64,000 nt of DNA. Source: Candidatus Omnitrophota bacterium. Lineage in GTDB: Bacteria > Omnitrophota > Gorgyraeia > Zapsychrales > JBDRMG01. How positions within the stretch are numbered: the first letter of the stretch is position 1; the number at the start of each line of letters is the position of its first letter. Under the pieces are notes generated by a model, which was not told the DNA's origin, ran no database searches, and saw only the letters and a list, made by a program, of their open reading frames with translations. Both the position numbers and the translations under genes were made by a program. Below are positions 47,608 to 55,855 of this stretch, piece by piece. The DNA is taken from positions 2,799-66,798 of the forward strand of contig JBDRMG010000064.1 in the NCBI GenBank assembly GCA_043812495.1. The letters run 5' to 3'.

Positions 47608-48624
47608 CTAATTATAAATACCAAAGGAACAAACGCAGTTGCGGCCTCTTTTTTTGGCTCGATAGAGCGCCCAATCGGCCTTATCGATGAGTTCGCTGGG
47701 CAATCGACCGTCGGCAGGTGTCGTGGCCGTTCCGATGCTGACGGTCGCCTTCACGATCGCATCATACGATTTTATAGTTGATTCTCCGACCGCTTGACGA
47801 ATACGTTCGGCGGCAAAGTGGGCCCCTTTATGATCCGTATCGGGTAACACAACGCAGAATTCTTCCCCGCCATAGCGGCCTAGAATATCAATTTCGCGAA
47901 CATTCTCTTTAATAAGTGCGGCAATTTCTTTCAAAATTTGATCACCCACCAGATGTCCGTACTTATCATTAAATCCTTTGAAGCGGTCAACATCAATGAT
48001 GAAAAACGATAATTCTGTTTTGCGATTGTTGGCACGTTTAATTTCCTCCTCAAAGCGATCCATAAAATAACGGCGGGTATGTGTTTGGGTCAAGCTATCG
48101 GTAATCGCCAACGCTTCAACTTCTTCGTAAAGCTTCACCCGGCGCAAGGCCATGGCAAATTGATGGCTGAGGATCAGGGCTTTTTCCTGATCCTTAGCCA
48201 ATAATCCCTTAAACGCAAGATAACCGAGTCTTTTGTTTTTCTCTTTGACTTCAAAAAGAAAATAATCCTCATTGGTTTTGACCGCTTCGTACTCCGGGGA
48301 ATGGATGTGAACAAATTGGCATTCCTGGACATCGACGCTTGCTTTCAATTGTTCCTGAAATACTTTGAAGGCTTGGAGCTCACTGTGCTGTGTTGTGATT
48401 TCTTGTGTCATTTCATAAAGAGTAAAAATCTCGCCGGCTTGTTTCTCGAGAGACTTTTTCTCCTCAATGATCCTCTCTTTCTGCCTCTGAATATGATCAA
48501 AATCTTTTTTGGCCTGCGTCACTCTTTTTACGGCTGTCTGCTCCCGCCCCTTCGCATAGAGTCGTCCCAGCCAAACATTAATCAGCACAAATAAAAGAAT
48601 GAGGAGTCCTGCTATAGGGTGCAT
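47608..48624 (-). CDS. Membrane-anchored GGDEF diguanylate cyclase
   Basis: N-terminal TM helix, coiled-coil region, then RYGGEEFCVVLP. Confidence 0.8.
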   Translation of the reverse strand: MHPIAGLLILLFVLINVWLGRLYAKGREQTAVKRVTQAKKDFDHIQRQKERIIEEKKSLEKQAGEIFTLYEMTQEITTQHSELQAFKVFQEQLKASVDVQECQFVHIHSPEYEAVKTNEDYFLFEVKEKNKRLGYLAFKGLLAKDQEKALILSHQFAMALRRVKLYEEVEALAITDSLTQTHTRRYFMDRFEEEIKRANNRKTELSFFIIDVDRFKGFNDKYGHLVGDQILKEIAALIKENVREIDILGRYGGEEFCVVLPDTDHKGAHFAAERIRQAVGESTIKSYDAIVKATVSIGTATTPADGRLPSELIDKADWALYRAKKRGRNCVCSFGIYN

Positions 48625-49907
48625 ACTTTATTTCTTCCTTGACTCTTGGCGCTATACATGGCCTGGTCGGCCTTATGAATGACTTCTTCTTTAATCTGGG
48701 CATCATCCGGAAAAGACGCTACGCCAATCGAAACTGTAATATGCGTTTTTTGCTTACGTAAAATGATTTCCTGTTTGCTGATTTTCTTTCTCAAATCCTC
48801 GGCCATAGCCATCGCCTCAGGCTTGGAGCAATCCGGCAGGAGAACGGCAAACTCTTCGCCTCCATAACGGCAAACCAAGTGGCCGGGATTTTGGAAATTT
48901 TCTTGAAGAATTAAACCAATGGTTTTAAGAACAATATCACCGGCCATGTGCCCGTATTTGTCGTTGTAGAGTTTAAATTCATCGAGATCGATCATAAGAA
49001 AGGATAAAGGTTTTTTGCGACGCAATTGACGCGAGGTCTCTTCTCCTAATCGTTGTAGAAAATACCGTCGCAAATAAAGCCCCGTCAAGCTATCTTTGAT
49101 CGCGAGCTCCTCAACTCTTTCATAGAGTTGAGCATTTTCTAAAGCCACGGCCCCGAGATGACCGATGGTATTGAGCAGTCGTAAATCTTCCGTATGAAAA
49201 TAATTGTGCTCGGGATTATCGATACGCAAAATCCCTATGGGTTTGTTCTCGATCATGAGCGGTGCGCTGATAAGCGATTGGATTCTTCTTTGTTCCTCAT
49301 CAATGAATTTCTCTCCGTCAAAACGGAAATCGCTTCTAATATCCTCGATTAATAAAGGCTGCAAAGTTTTAAACACCCACTGATCATAGGCATCGCCCTT
49401 TTTTTGTTTTATGTTGATCTGCATCTGGCCTTTGTGTGAAGAAGATAGCGCTAGCTCCTTCGCATAAACATCAAAGAGATATAAAATCGCCGTGTTGTCT
49501 CCTCTGCCGAAGAATGGATTAATTTGGGATGTGATCGTACTGGAAGTATCCGAAAGCGAAAGGCACAAACTTAATTTCTCCGTTAAATCTTTCAGCTGAA
49601 GATAATTCTGGATTTTTTCCTGCCAGGCTTCGACGACAAATCGTTCATTGGCAATATCCGCCTGAAGAAGATTGGAGCGCTCGACAAAATCCTGACGCCT
49701 CAAGTCCACTTCGGTTTCCTTTTCGATCATGGAATAACGCAAAGCAAAAAAATAAACCAAAGTGATGAGTTGCATGAAAATAATAATCAGAAAAAAATCT
49801 GGATCGGTTCGGATGGAATAACGGAACGCCGCTATTAAAAAAGCAGCGTAAAATAGAAGAATCGAAAAGGCGGGATTAAATAATTGAGGGGTCGGGGAGT
49901 TTTTCAT
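48612..49907 (-). CDS. GAF-GGDEF diguanylate cyclase with N-terminal TM helices
   Basis: Two or three TM helices, a GAF-like middle region, and RYGGEEFAVLLP. 13-nt overlap with the downstream GGDEF gene. Confidence 0.8.
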   Translation of the reverse strand: MKNSPTPQLFNPAFSILLFYAAFLIAAFRYSIRTDPDFFLIIIFMQLITLVYFFALRYSMIEKETEVDLRRQDFVERSNLLQADIANERFVVEAWQEKIQNYLQLKDLTEKLSLCLSLSDTSSTITSQINPFFGRGDNTAILYLFDVYAKELALSSSHKGQMQINIKQKKGDAYDQWVFKTLQPLLIEDIRSDFRFDGEKFIDEEQRRIQSLISAPLMIENKPIGILRIDNPEHNYFHTEDLRLLNTIGHLGAVALENAQLYERVEELAIKDSLTGLYLRRYFLQRLGEETSRQLRRKKPLSFLMIDLDEFKLYNDKYGHMAGDIVLKTIGLILQENFQNPGHLVCRYGGEEFAVLLPDCSKPEAMAMAEDLRKKISKQEIILRKQKTHITVSIGVASFPDDAQIKEEVIHKADQAMYSAKSQGRNKVCTL

Positions 49908-49911
49908 GCTT

Positions 49912-49945
49912 TCGACCCCTCATCCTGAGCGAAGCGAAGGATCTC
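49912..49945. repeat. Left 30-bp inverted repeat flanking the GIY-YIG ORF (partner at 50237-50270)
   Basis: CTCATCCTGAGCGAAGCGAAGGATCTC versus the reverse complement of GAGATCCTTCCTCGCTTCGCTCGTCAGGATGAG. Confidence 0.7.
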
Positions 49946-50207
49946 TAAGCAAATCATCATAGAGATCTTTCCAATCTTTGTTCTTTGATTCTATTAATGT
50001 TATTTTTCTTTCCCGTTTCCAACCTTTAACTTGTCTTTCTCTATCCTTTGCTTTATCAATAGGTTCTAATATTTCATAATAAATTAGTCGATTAACACAA
50101 TACTTCTGTGCAAATCCTTTTTGATGCCCTTTTTGGTGTTCCTTAACTCGCTTTTTAAGATCTTTTGTTGAACCTGTGTATAAAACATTATTTCTTTTAT
50201 TTGTCAA
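49920..50207 (-). CDS. GIY-YIG nuclease-domain protein (UPF0213-like), non-ATG (TTG) start or N-terminally eroded
   Basis: YFYILTNKRNNVLYTGSTKDLKKRVKEHQKG. The YFYIL strand lies upstream of the TTG, in frame, with no ATG/GTG available before the upstream stop. Confidence 0.6.
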   Translation of the reverse strand: MTNKRNNVLYTGSTKDLKKRVKEHQKGHQKGFAQKYCVNRLIYYEILEPIDKAKDRERQVKGWKRERKITLIESKNKDWKDLYDDLLRDPSLRSG

Positions 50208-50236
50208 AATGTAAAAATAACCTAATTGCCTATATC

Positions 50237-50270
50237 CATTTGAGATCCTTCCTCGCTTCGCTCGTCAGGA
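50237..50270. repeat. Right inverted repeat partner of 49912-49945
   Basis: See left repeat. Confidence 0.7.
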
Positions 50271-50306
50271 TGAGCAGTCGTAGAGCTTAAAAAGCTCTCC
50301 GACTGC

Positions 50307-51410
50307 TCAAATAATTGTTTTTTCTGTATCTTTATCAAAGAAATGCACCTTGCCCATATCAAACACTAAGTCCATATCTCTATTGATTTCTGGCCGGTCG
50401 TGCGCTCCGACCCGGGCCATAAATTTATGTCGACCAGTATTTAGATACAAATAGACTTCGGATCCCATTGGCTCAACCACTTCGCATGTGGCTGTCACGG
50501 TGCATTCGGGAGAGGCTTCACTGACAAATAATTTATCATAAATATCTTCGGCTCTGATGCCAAAGGACACGTCTTTGCCTTCGTAGGGCGCCATCGTTTC
50601 AAACATTTCCTCAACCAATTTGACTTGGATTGTTCCTTCGTCAAAATAGTATTTGCGTTCTTTCTTAATAATGCGTCCGTCCATAAGATTAATGGGCGGT
50701 GAGCCGATAAACCCGGCTACGAATTTGTTGGCGGGTGAATCATACACGGTAATCGGGTCATCGCATTGTTGAATCTTTCCGCCCTGCATCACCGCAATGC
50801 GATCGCCCAACGTCATCGCTTCAATCTGATCATGAGTCACGTAGATAAAGGTCGTCTGCAGTCGCAGTCTCAATTGATGAATTTCGGTACGCATCTGTAC
50901 GCGTCTTTTGGCATCCAAATTGCTGAGTGGTTCATCGAACAAGAACACCAACGGTTTACGGACAATCGCTCGCCCCACGGCAACGCGCTGGCGCTCACCG
51001 CCGGAAAGCTCTTTGGGCCGGCGATCAAGCATTCCGTGAATGCCTAAGATGGAAGCCGCTTCATCGACCCGGCGAATAATCTCTGCTTTTGGGTAACGTC
51101 TTAATTTAAGGCCAAAAGCCATATTTTCAAAAACGGTCATATGCGGATACAAAGCGAAATTCTGAAACACCATAGCGATGTTGCGATCTTTGGCCGGGAT
51201 ATCGTTGACAATCCTCTCCGCAATCCAGATAGTCCCTTCGGTGACTTCCTCCAATCCCGCAATCATACGCAAAGTTGTTGACTTCCCGCAACCCGACGGA
51301 CCAACCAGGACAAGAAACTCCTTGTTCTCTATATTGAGATTGATGCCATCAACGGCCTTGAAACCGGGTTTATAGACCTTGCTAACGTTTTTTAAACTTA
51401 TTTGAGCCAT
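50307..51410 (-). CDS. ABC transporter ATP-binding protein, MalK/UgpC type (orphan)
   Basis: Walker A GPSGCGKST, signature LSGGERQRV, Walker B LVFLFDEPLSNLD, and a C-terminal TOBE-like regulatory domain. No permease or binding-protein genes nearby. Confidence 0.85.
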   Translation of the reverse strand: MAQISLKNVSKVYKPGFKAVDGINLNIENKEFLVLVGPSGCGKSTTLRMIAGLEEVTEGTIWIAERIVNDIPAKDRNIAMVFQNFALYPHMTVFENMAFGLKLRRYPKAEIIRRVDEAASILGIHGMLDRRPKELSGGERQRVAVGRAIVRKPLVFLFDEPLSNLDAKRRVQMRTEIHQLRLRLQTTFIYVTHDQIEAMTLGDRIAVMQGGKIQQCDDPITVYDSPANKFVAGFIGSPPINLMDGRIIKKERKYYFDEGTIQVKLVEEMFETMAPYEGKDVSFGIRAEDIYDKLFVSEASPECTVTATCEVVEPMGSEVYLYLNTGRHKFMARVGAHDRPEINRDMDLVFDMGKVHFFDKDTEKTII

Positions 51411-51446
51411 AACTAAGATAAATCCTTCATAGTTTCGAATGAGCTT

Positions 51447-51645
51447 TTATTCTCCTTCGCCGAATACCCTCTATCCCAACATCCTGTCGTGACTGAAGGA
51501 ACAAAGTCGAAGGAGAACCCTACGAAGCCAAAGGCGAAAGTTCTGCTTCGCAAAATATTTGTCATATTTTGCTTCGCAGAATTCTTCGAAGCTTCATGCG
51601 AAGAAGAACACTTTGGCGAAGTAGGGTATTCGGCTTCGAAGAATG
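51447..51645. mobile_element. MITE-like element, family A relative, with terminal inverted repeats (TTCTCCTTCGCCGAATACCCT ... AGGGTATTCGGCTTCGAAGAA)
   Basis: The left end is identical to the other family A copies (TTATTCTCCTTCGCC). Internal GCTTCG/CGAAGC palindromes. Intergenic, between the malK-like gene and accD. Confidence 0.55.
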
Positions 51646-51726
51646 AACATACAATCAATTCACAAGATACTCTAGAGCATACTCCAGAGAGGTTCATTAT
51701 AACAAAATAAATCAACAGCGCGATTA

Positions 51727-52593
51727 TTATTGCGTGGCTGTTTTGGCTGATCCGCTCAGGGCATAATCCATAATATGGCTGATCGTTGGTTTTAGATCCT
51801 TGCGGTGAGTAATCATGTCGATTAATCCGTGAGCCAACAGAAATTCCGACCGCTGGAATCCTTCGGGTAATTTCTGGCGAATGGTTTGTTCGATCACACG
51901 CGGACCCGTAAAACCAATCAAAGCTTTTGGTTCGGCGATAATGACATCTCCAACCCCCGCAAAAGAAGCCATAACGCCGGCCATGGTCGGATTTGTCAAA
52001 AGAGAGATATACAAAAGTTTTTCTTCGTGATGACGGGCTAAGGCCGCGCATGTTTTGGCCATTTGCATTAGAGAAAAAATGCCTTCATACATACGGGCCC
52101 CGCCTCCGGAACCCGAAACGATCAATAAAGGTATTTTCTTTTCTGTCGCATGCTCAATAACGCGCGTTATTTTCTCACCAACCACCGATCCCATAGAACC
52201 CATGATAAAACGCGAATCGGTGACCGCAACGGCAATTTTTTTCCCATCGAGTTCTCCCGTTCCCGTAATCACCGCATCTTTGAGCCCGGTCAGCTTCTGA
52301 TCATGCTGGATTTTCTGTTTATAGGTTTTGGGGCCTTTAAAATCAAGTGGATCCGCCGTGGTCAGATTTCTGTCTCTTTCCTCAAATGTTCCCTCGTCAA
52401 TCAAAAGTCGGATCCGGTCTGAAGAGAACAGGGTCATGTGAAACTGACATTTGGGGCAAATATTGAAATTATCTATGAGGGTTTTGTTGTAGATAGGGGT
52501 TTGGCACTCCGGGCATTTCGTCCATAATCCCTCGGGGATATCTTTCTTGCGTATTTTGACTAAAGTATATTTTTGTTTACCAAAAAGAACCAT
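51727..52593 (-). CDS. accD: Acetyl-CoA carboxylase carboxyltransferase subunit beta
   Basis: N-terminal zinc ribbon CPECQTPIYNKTLIDNFNICPKCQFH, then the carboxyltransferase domain. Confidence 0.9.
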   Translation of the reverse strand: MVLFGKQKYTLVKIRKKDIPEGLWTKCPECQTPIYNKTLIDNFNICPKCQFHMTLFSSDRIRLLIDEGTFEERDRNLTTADPLDFKGPKTYKQKIQHDQKLTGLKDAVITGTGELDGKKIAVAVTDSRFIMGSMGSVVGEKITRVIEHATEKKIPLLIVSGSGGGARMYEGIFSLMQMAKTCAALARHHEEKLLYISLLTNPTMAGVMASFAGVGDVIIAEPKALIGFTGPRVIEQTIRQKLPEGFQRSEFLLAHGLIDMITHRKDLKPTISHIMDYALSGSAKTATQ

Positions 52594-52608
52594 GGGAAAA
52601 GGGAAAGG

Positions 52609-53880
52609 TTATTTTGTATTCAACCGATAAATCGTCAGCCCGGATAAAACCTTCGGGTAAAAATAGGTTGTTTTGGGCGGCATGCGTTCGCCATTGAGGG
52701 CAATGGCCTTAAGCTCGGCAACCTTGACAGGATTCATGATAAAACACGCGTCGGCCTTTTGGGCATCCACCAGCCCTATGGCTTCATTGACATCTTTGAC
52801 ATAGATGATATCGTCGCTGCTGATGCGCAAAGGATCCAAGATGAAACATCGCAAAATTGTTGCATCCAATTGGCGAAAATCTGACGAACCTTCTTTAATG
52901 TGTTCATCAATCAAAAGACGGTTCTTGAGGCGCAGCAATTTGATTCCGTCTTTCGAATAAAATCCAATGGCACGCTCATTCTGACCTGCCTTGGCCAGAA
53001 GAATTTTTAGATCCTCTTTATTCTTAATTTTATCAATTCGGAAATAGTCTTCCAGGAAATCCAGTTTATTCCGCAACCGTTTGATGACCCGATGAATCGG
53101 CAAAATAGCCAAATCCCTGGAATCAAGGTTCGTAAAATACGTCAGGATAAAATTGCACGGCTCCTGGTCGTTCACTCTGGTTTTCTTGCCCAAGAGGGAG
53201 CGCCGTAACTCCATGGCGACCTCATAGCGATGATGGCCGTCGGCAATGAAAAAATGCTTGTCCATAAGGGCGTCTTTGATCTGGTTGATCAGGCGCGCGT
53301 CTTCGAGTCGCCAGAGGGTATGGTGAATGCCTTCGACATCCACAAGATCCATAAACGGTTCTGTCATGGCCACGTGCTCATGGAAGACATTCTCCACTTT
53401 TCTTTCTCGATCGGAGAATCCCACAAAAATCGGGCTGAGCTGAGCTTTGGTGTTGCGCCAAAGTCTTAAGCGATCCTCTTTGGCCTTCGCGTGAGTATTC
53501 TCATGTGGTAAAATTCTTGATTCCTCTTTGTCCTGCAAACGCATCAGCCCGATAAAACCGATACGTCGATATTTTTCTCCGCGAATCATGTATTCCTGTT
53601 TATAAAAATAAAGGCAGGGCTTGGCGTCTTCTTTGAGGATTCCTTTCTTAATCCATTCCTCGAAAATCTTTCTGGCCCGGGTGTATTTGTTATCATAACG
53701 GTCATCTTTAGCCTTCTCCTGGCCCAAGAGCACCCGGATAAAATTCATCGGATGAGCATTATGATATTGGGTTTGTTCGGCAGGTGAAATCACGTCATAC
53801 GGCGGGCAAACGACCTGCGAAAGATCATGGATCTTTTCTTTGTTATAACAAGTGGCTTTGAATGCTTTAATCTGTGTCAT
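52609..53880 (-). CDS. DUF1015-family protein
   Basis: IADGHHRYEVA motif and overall length (423 aa) typical of DUF1015. Confidence 0.65.
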   Translation of the reverse strand: MTQIKAFKATCYNKEKIHDLSQVVCPPYDVISPAEQTQYHNAHPMNFIRVLLGQEKAKDDRYDNKYTRARKIFEEWIKKGILKEDAKPCLYFYKQEYMIRGEKYRRIGFIGLMRLQDKEESRILPHENTHAKAKEDRLRLWRNTKAQLSPIFVGFSDRERKVENVFHEHVAMTEPFMDLVDVEGIHHTLWRLEDARLINQIKDALMDKHFFIADGHHRYEVAMELRRSLLGKKTRVNDQEPCNFILTYFTNLDSRDLAILPIHRVIKRLRNKLDFLEDYFRIDKIKNKEDLKILLAKAGQNERAIGFYSKDGIKLLRLKNRLLIDEHIKEGSSDFRQLDATILRCFILDPLRISSDDIIYVKDVNEAIGLVDAQKADACFIMNPVKVAELKAIALNGERMPPKTTYFYPKVLSGLTIYRLNTK

Positions 53881-54227
53881 GACTTAAATAATACCCCTCC
53901 CAGTAATCCTCCGAGACCATCGGCCAAAACATCGAACAGGCTTGCGTCTCGACCGATGACAAAAAGTTGATGGACTTCATCGCTCACCCCATAGAAAAGA
54001 CAAAATATCAAGGTTGTTAGAATAATTTTGTGCTGAGAATAGGCGCCGGGAGCTGAATGAAAAAGAGCCCGGGCAAATAAGAATCCCAAAACCGCATACT
54101 CTAAGATGTGCAAAAATTTATCAAACAGGGGCCATGGCGCGGGTGTCTTCACATTCGGCAAACCTGATACATAGAAAATAATACCAGAATAAAGGAGCAC
54201 AGGAAACCAAAATTTAAGAAATTTCAT
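53877..54227 (-). CDS. VanZ-family membrane protein
   Basis: 116 aa with four TM helices. FDKFLHILEYAVLGFLFARAL resembles VanZ. Confidence 0.6.
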   Translation of the reverse strand: MKFLKFWFPVLLYSGIIFYVSGLPNVKTPAPWPLFDKFLHILEYAVLGFLFARALFHSAPGAYSQHKIILTTLIFCLFYGVSDEVHQLFVIGRDASLFDVLADGLGGLLGGVLFKS

Positions 54228-54274
54228 AGTCTAAGAAAAGGCCTTTTCGACCTTCCTCGTCAAAGATTTCTCGC

Positions 54275-54586
54275 TTACGAAGAATGCGGGCAAGAGGAAG
54301 AATGAGGACAGCCGGCGGACGTGGAGCATTGTGCCGGCTCGCCTTTTTGGGTCTTGTCTTTTTTGTCTTTATCTTTAGTCTCTTGCGGGCGAGAAGAAGA
54401 TTTCCTCTTATAATCTGTTTCGTAAAAGCCGCTTCCTTTAAAAATAATACCGGACCCTGTGCCGATGAGTCTTTGGAGCTTAGACTTTGCGCACTGAGGG
54501 CATTTCTTTAGCGCCGACTCCGTAATCGATTGCAGGATTTCAAACTGATGACCGCAGGATGAACATTCATATTCATAAGTTGGCAT
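54275..54586 (-). CDS. FmdB-family zinc-ribbon regulatory protein
   Basis: MPTYEYECSSCGHQFEILQSITESALKKCPQC is the FmdB CxxC-CxxC N-terminus. C-terminal Ser/Lys/Asp-rich tail. Confidence 0.75.
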   Translation of the reverse strand: MPTYEYECSSCGHQFEILQSITESALKKCPQCAKSKLQRLIGTGSGIIFKGSGFYETDYKRKSSSRPQETKDKDKKDKTQKGEPAQCSTSAGCPHSSSCPHSS

Positions 54587-54597
54587 ATTTCATTTCC

Positions 54598-55743
54598 TCA
54601 TTTAAAAACTTTTTTAATCTTTTCGGTCAAAGACTCGCTTTCGCTAATATCTTCGCCGCTTATTTGTGCATACTCTTCTAAAAGTTCCCGTTGTTTGGCC
54701 GACAAAGCCGTAGGAACCTGAATCATGACGCGGACGTATTGGTCACCGCCGGAACCACCGTGAAGACTTGGCATTCCTTTAGCCTTTAGGCGAAACATCT
54801 TATCGCTTTGCGTGCCGGCGGGAATTCTCATGGAGACATGGCCATTGAGCGTCGGAACTCGGACCTCAGCCCCCAAAGCCGCTTTGACAAAGCTCACGGG
54901 AAGTTCCATGTAGAGATCAACACCGTCGCGTTTAAAAGTTTTGTTCTCTTTAATATGAATATAGAGATAGAGGTCTCCTCGGCCGCCTTTGCCGACTTCT
55001 CCTTCGCCTCGGACTCTCAGTTGAGAATTATTATCCACGCCCGCGGGGAAATTAACCTCAATGTTGCGCGTCACGCGGAGGCGTCCCTGCCCCTGGCATT
55101 CAGTGCAAAACTGCGTAATGATCTGCCCTTCTCCCCGGCAATGAGGACAGGTTTGAGCCATTTGAAAAAATCCTGCTGATGTGACGATTTGTCCACGTCC
55201 GCCGCAGGATTGGCAGGTTTTCGTCTTTGTTCCGGGCTTAGCACCGCTTCCGCTGCAAGTCGAGCAATACTCATAGCGCGGAACTCTGATTTTCTTTTTA
55301 ACGCCAGAAAAAGCTTCTTCCAGGGTCAGGTCAACTTCATATTGAATATTGCGACCTTTTTGGCTTCGTCGGCCGCGTGAACGCGAAGAGCCGCCGCCAA
55401 AGGCGCTTCCAAAGAGATCTTCAAAAATTCCTCCGCCAAAACCAGAATCAGATAAACCCTCAAAAATACTGTTGAAATCAGCCCCGCGAAAGATATCCTC
55501 TGTTGTATAGCGCTGGTCAATGCCCGCATGACCGTATTGGTCATACATGGCGCGTTTTTGCGAATCAGACAAAACGCCATAAGCTTCGGAAATTTCCTTA
55601 AATTTTTCTTCCGCCTCTTTTTTCTTTTCGGCAGGAACGCGATCCGGATGATGAGATAAAGCCTGAGACCGGTACGCCTTCTTGATTTCTTCTAAGGTGG
55701 CGCTTTTCTGAACACCCAGGATTTCGTAGTAATCGCGTTTCAT
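54598..55743 (-). CDS. dnaJ: Chaperone DnaJ
   Basis: J-domain (DYYEILGV ... HPDR), Gly-rich linker, and four CxxCxGxG zinc-finger repeats. Confidence 0.95.
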   Translation of the reverse strand: MKRDYYEILGVQKSATLEEIKKAYRSQALSHHPDRVPAEKKKEAEEKFKEISEAYGVLSDSQKRAMYDQYGHAGIDQRYTTEDIFRGADFNSIFEGLSDSGFGGGIFEDLFGSAFGGGSSRSRGRRSQKGRNIQYEVDLTLEEAFSGVKKKIRVPRYEYCSTCSGSGAKPGTKTKTCQSCGGRGQIVTSAGFFQMAQTCPHCRGEGQIITQFCTECQGQGRLRVTRNIEVNFPAGVDNNSQLRVRGEGEVGKGGRGDLYLYIHIKENKTFKRDGVDLYMELPVSFVKAALGAEVRVPTLNGHVSMRIPAGTQSDKMFRLKAKGMPSLHGGSGGDQYVRVMIQVPTALSAKQRELLEEYAQISGEDISESESLTEKIKKVFK

Positions 55744-55761
55744 TGTTTTAATTAAGATTTA

Positions 55762-55848
55762 AACGCAGATCTTCGCAGATTGCACGCAGATGATCGCAGA
55801 TTAACATCTGCGAGAATCTGCGTTTGATCTGCGTTAATCTGCGTTCAA
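55762..55848. repeat. Palindromic array of four CGCAGAT heptamers, then four ATCTGCG heptamers (dnaK-dnaJ intergenic)
   Basis: aaacgcagat cttcgcagat tgcacgcagat gatcgcagat taac atctgcgag aatctgcgtt tgatctgcgtt aatctgcgttca. Confidence 0.75.
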
Positions 55849-55855
55849 ATGCCTT

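Noticed and set aside
51413-52051. 212-aa minus-strand ORF overlapping accD
   Set aside because: It is out of frame with the clearly conserved AccD reading frame, and its 3' half runs through the MITE-like element.
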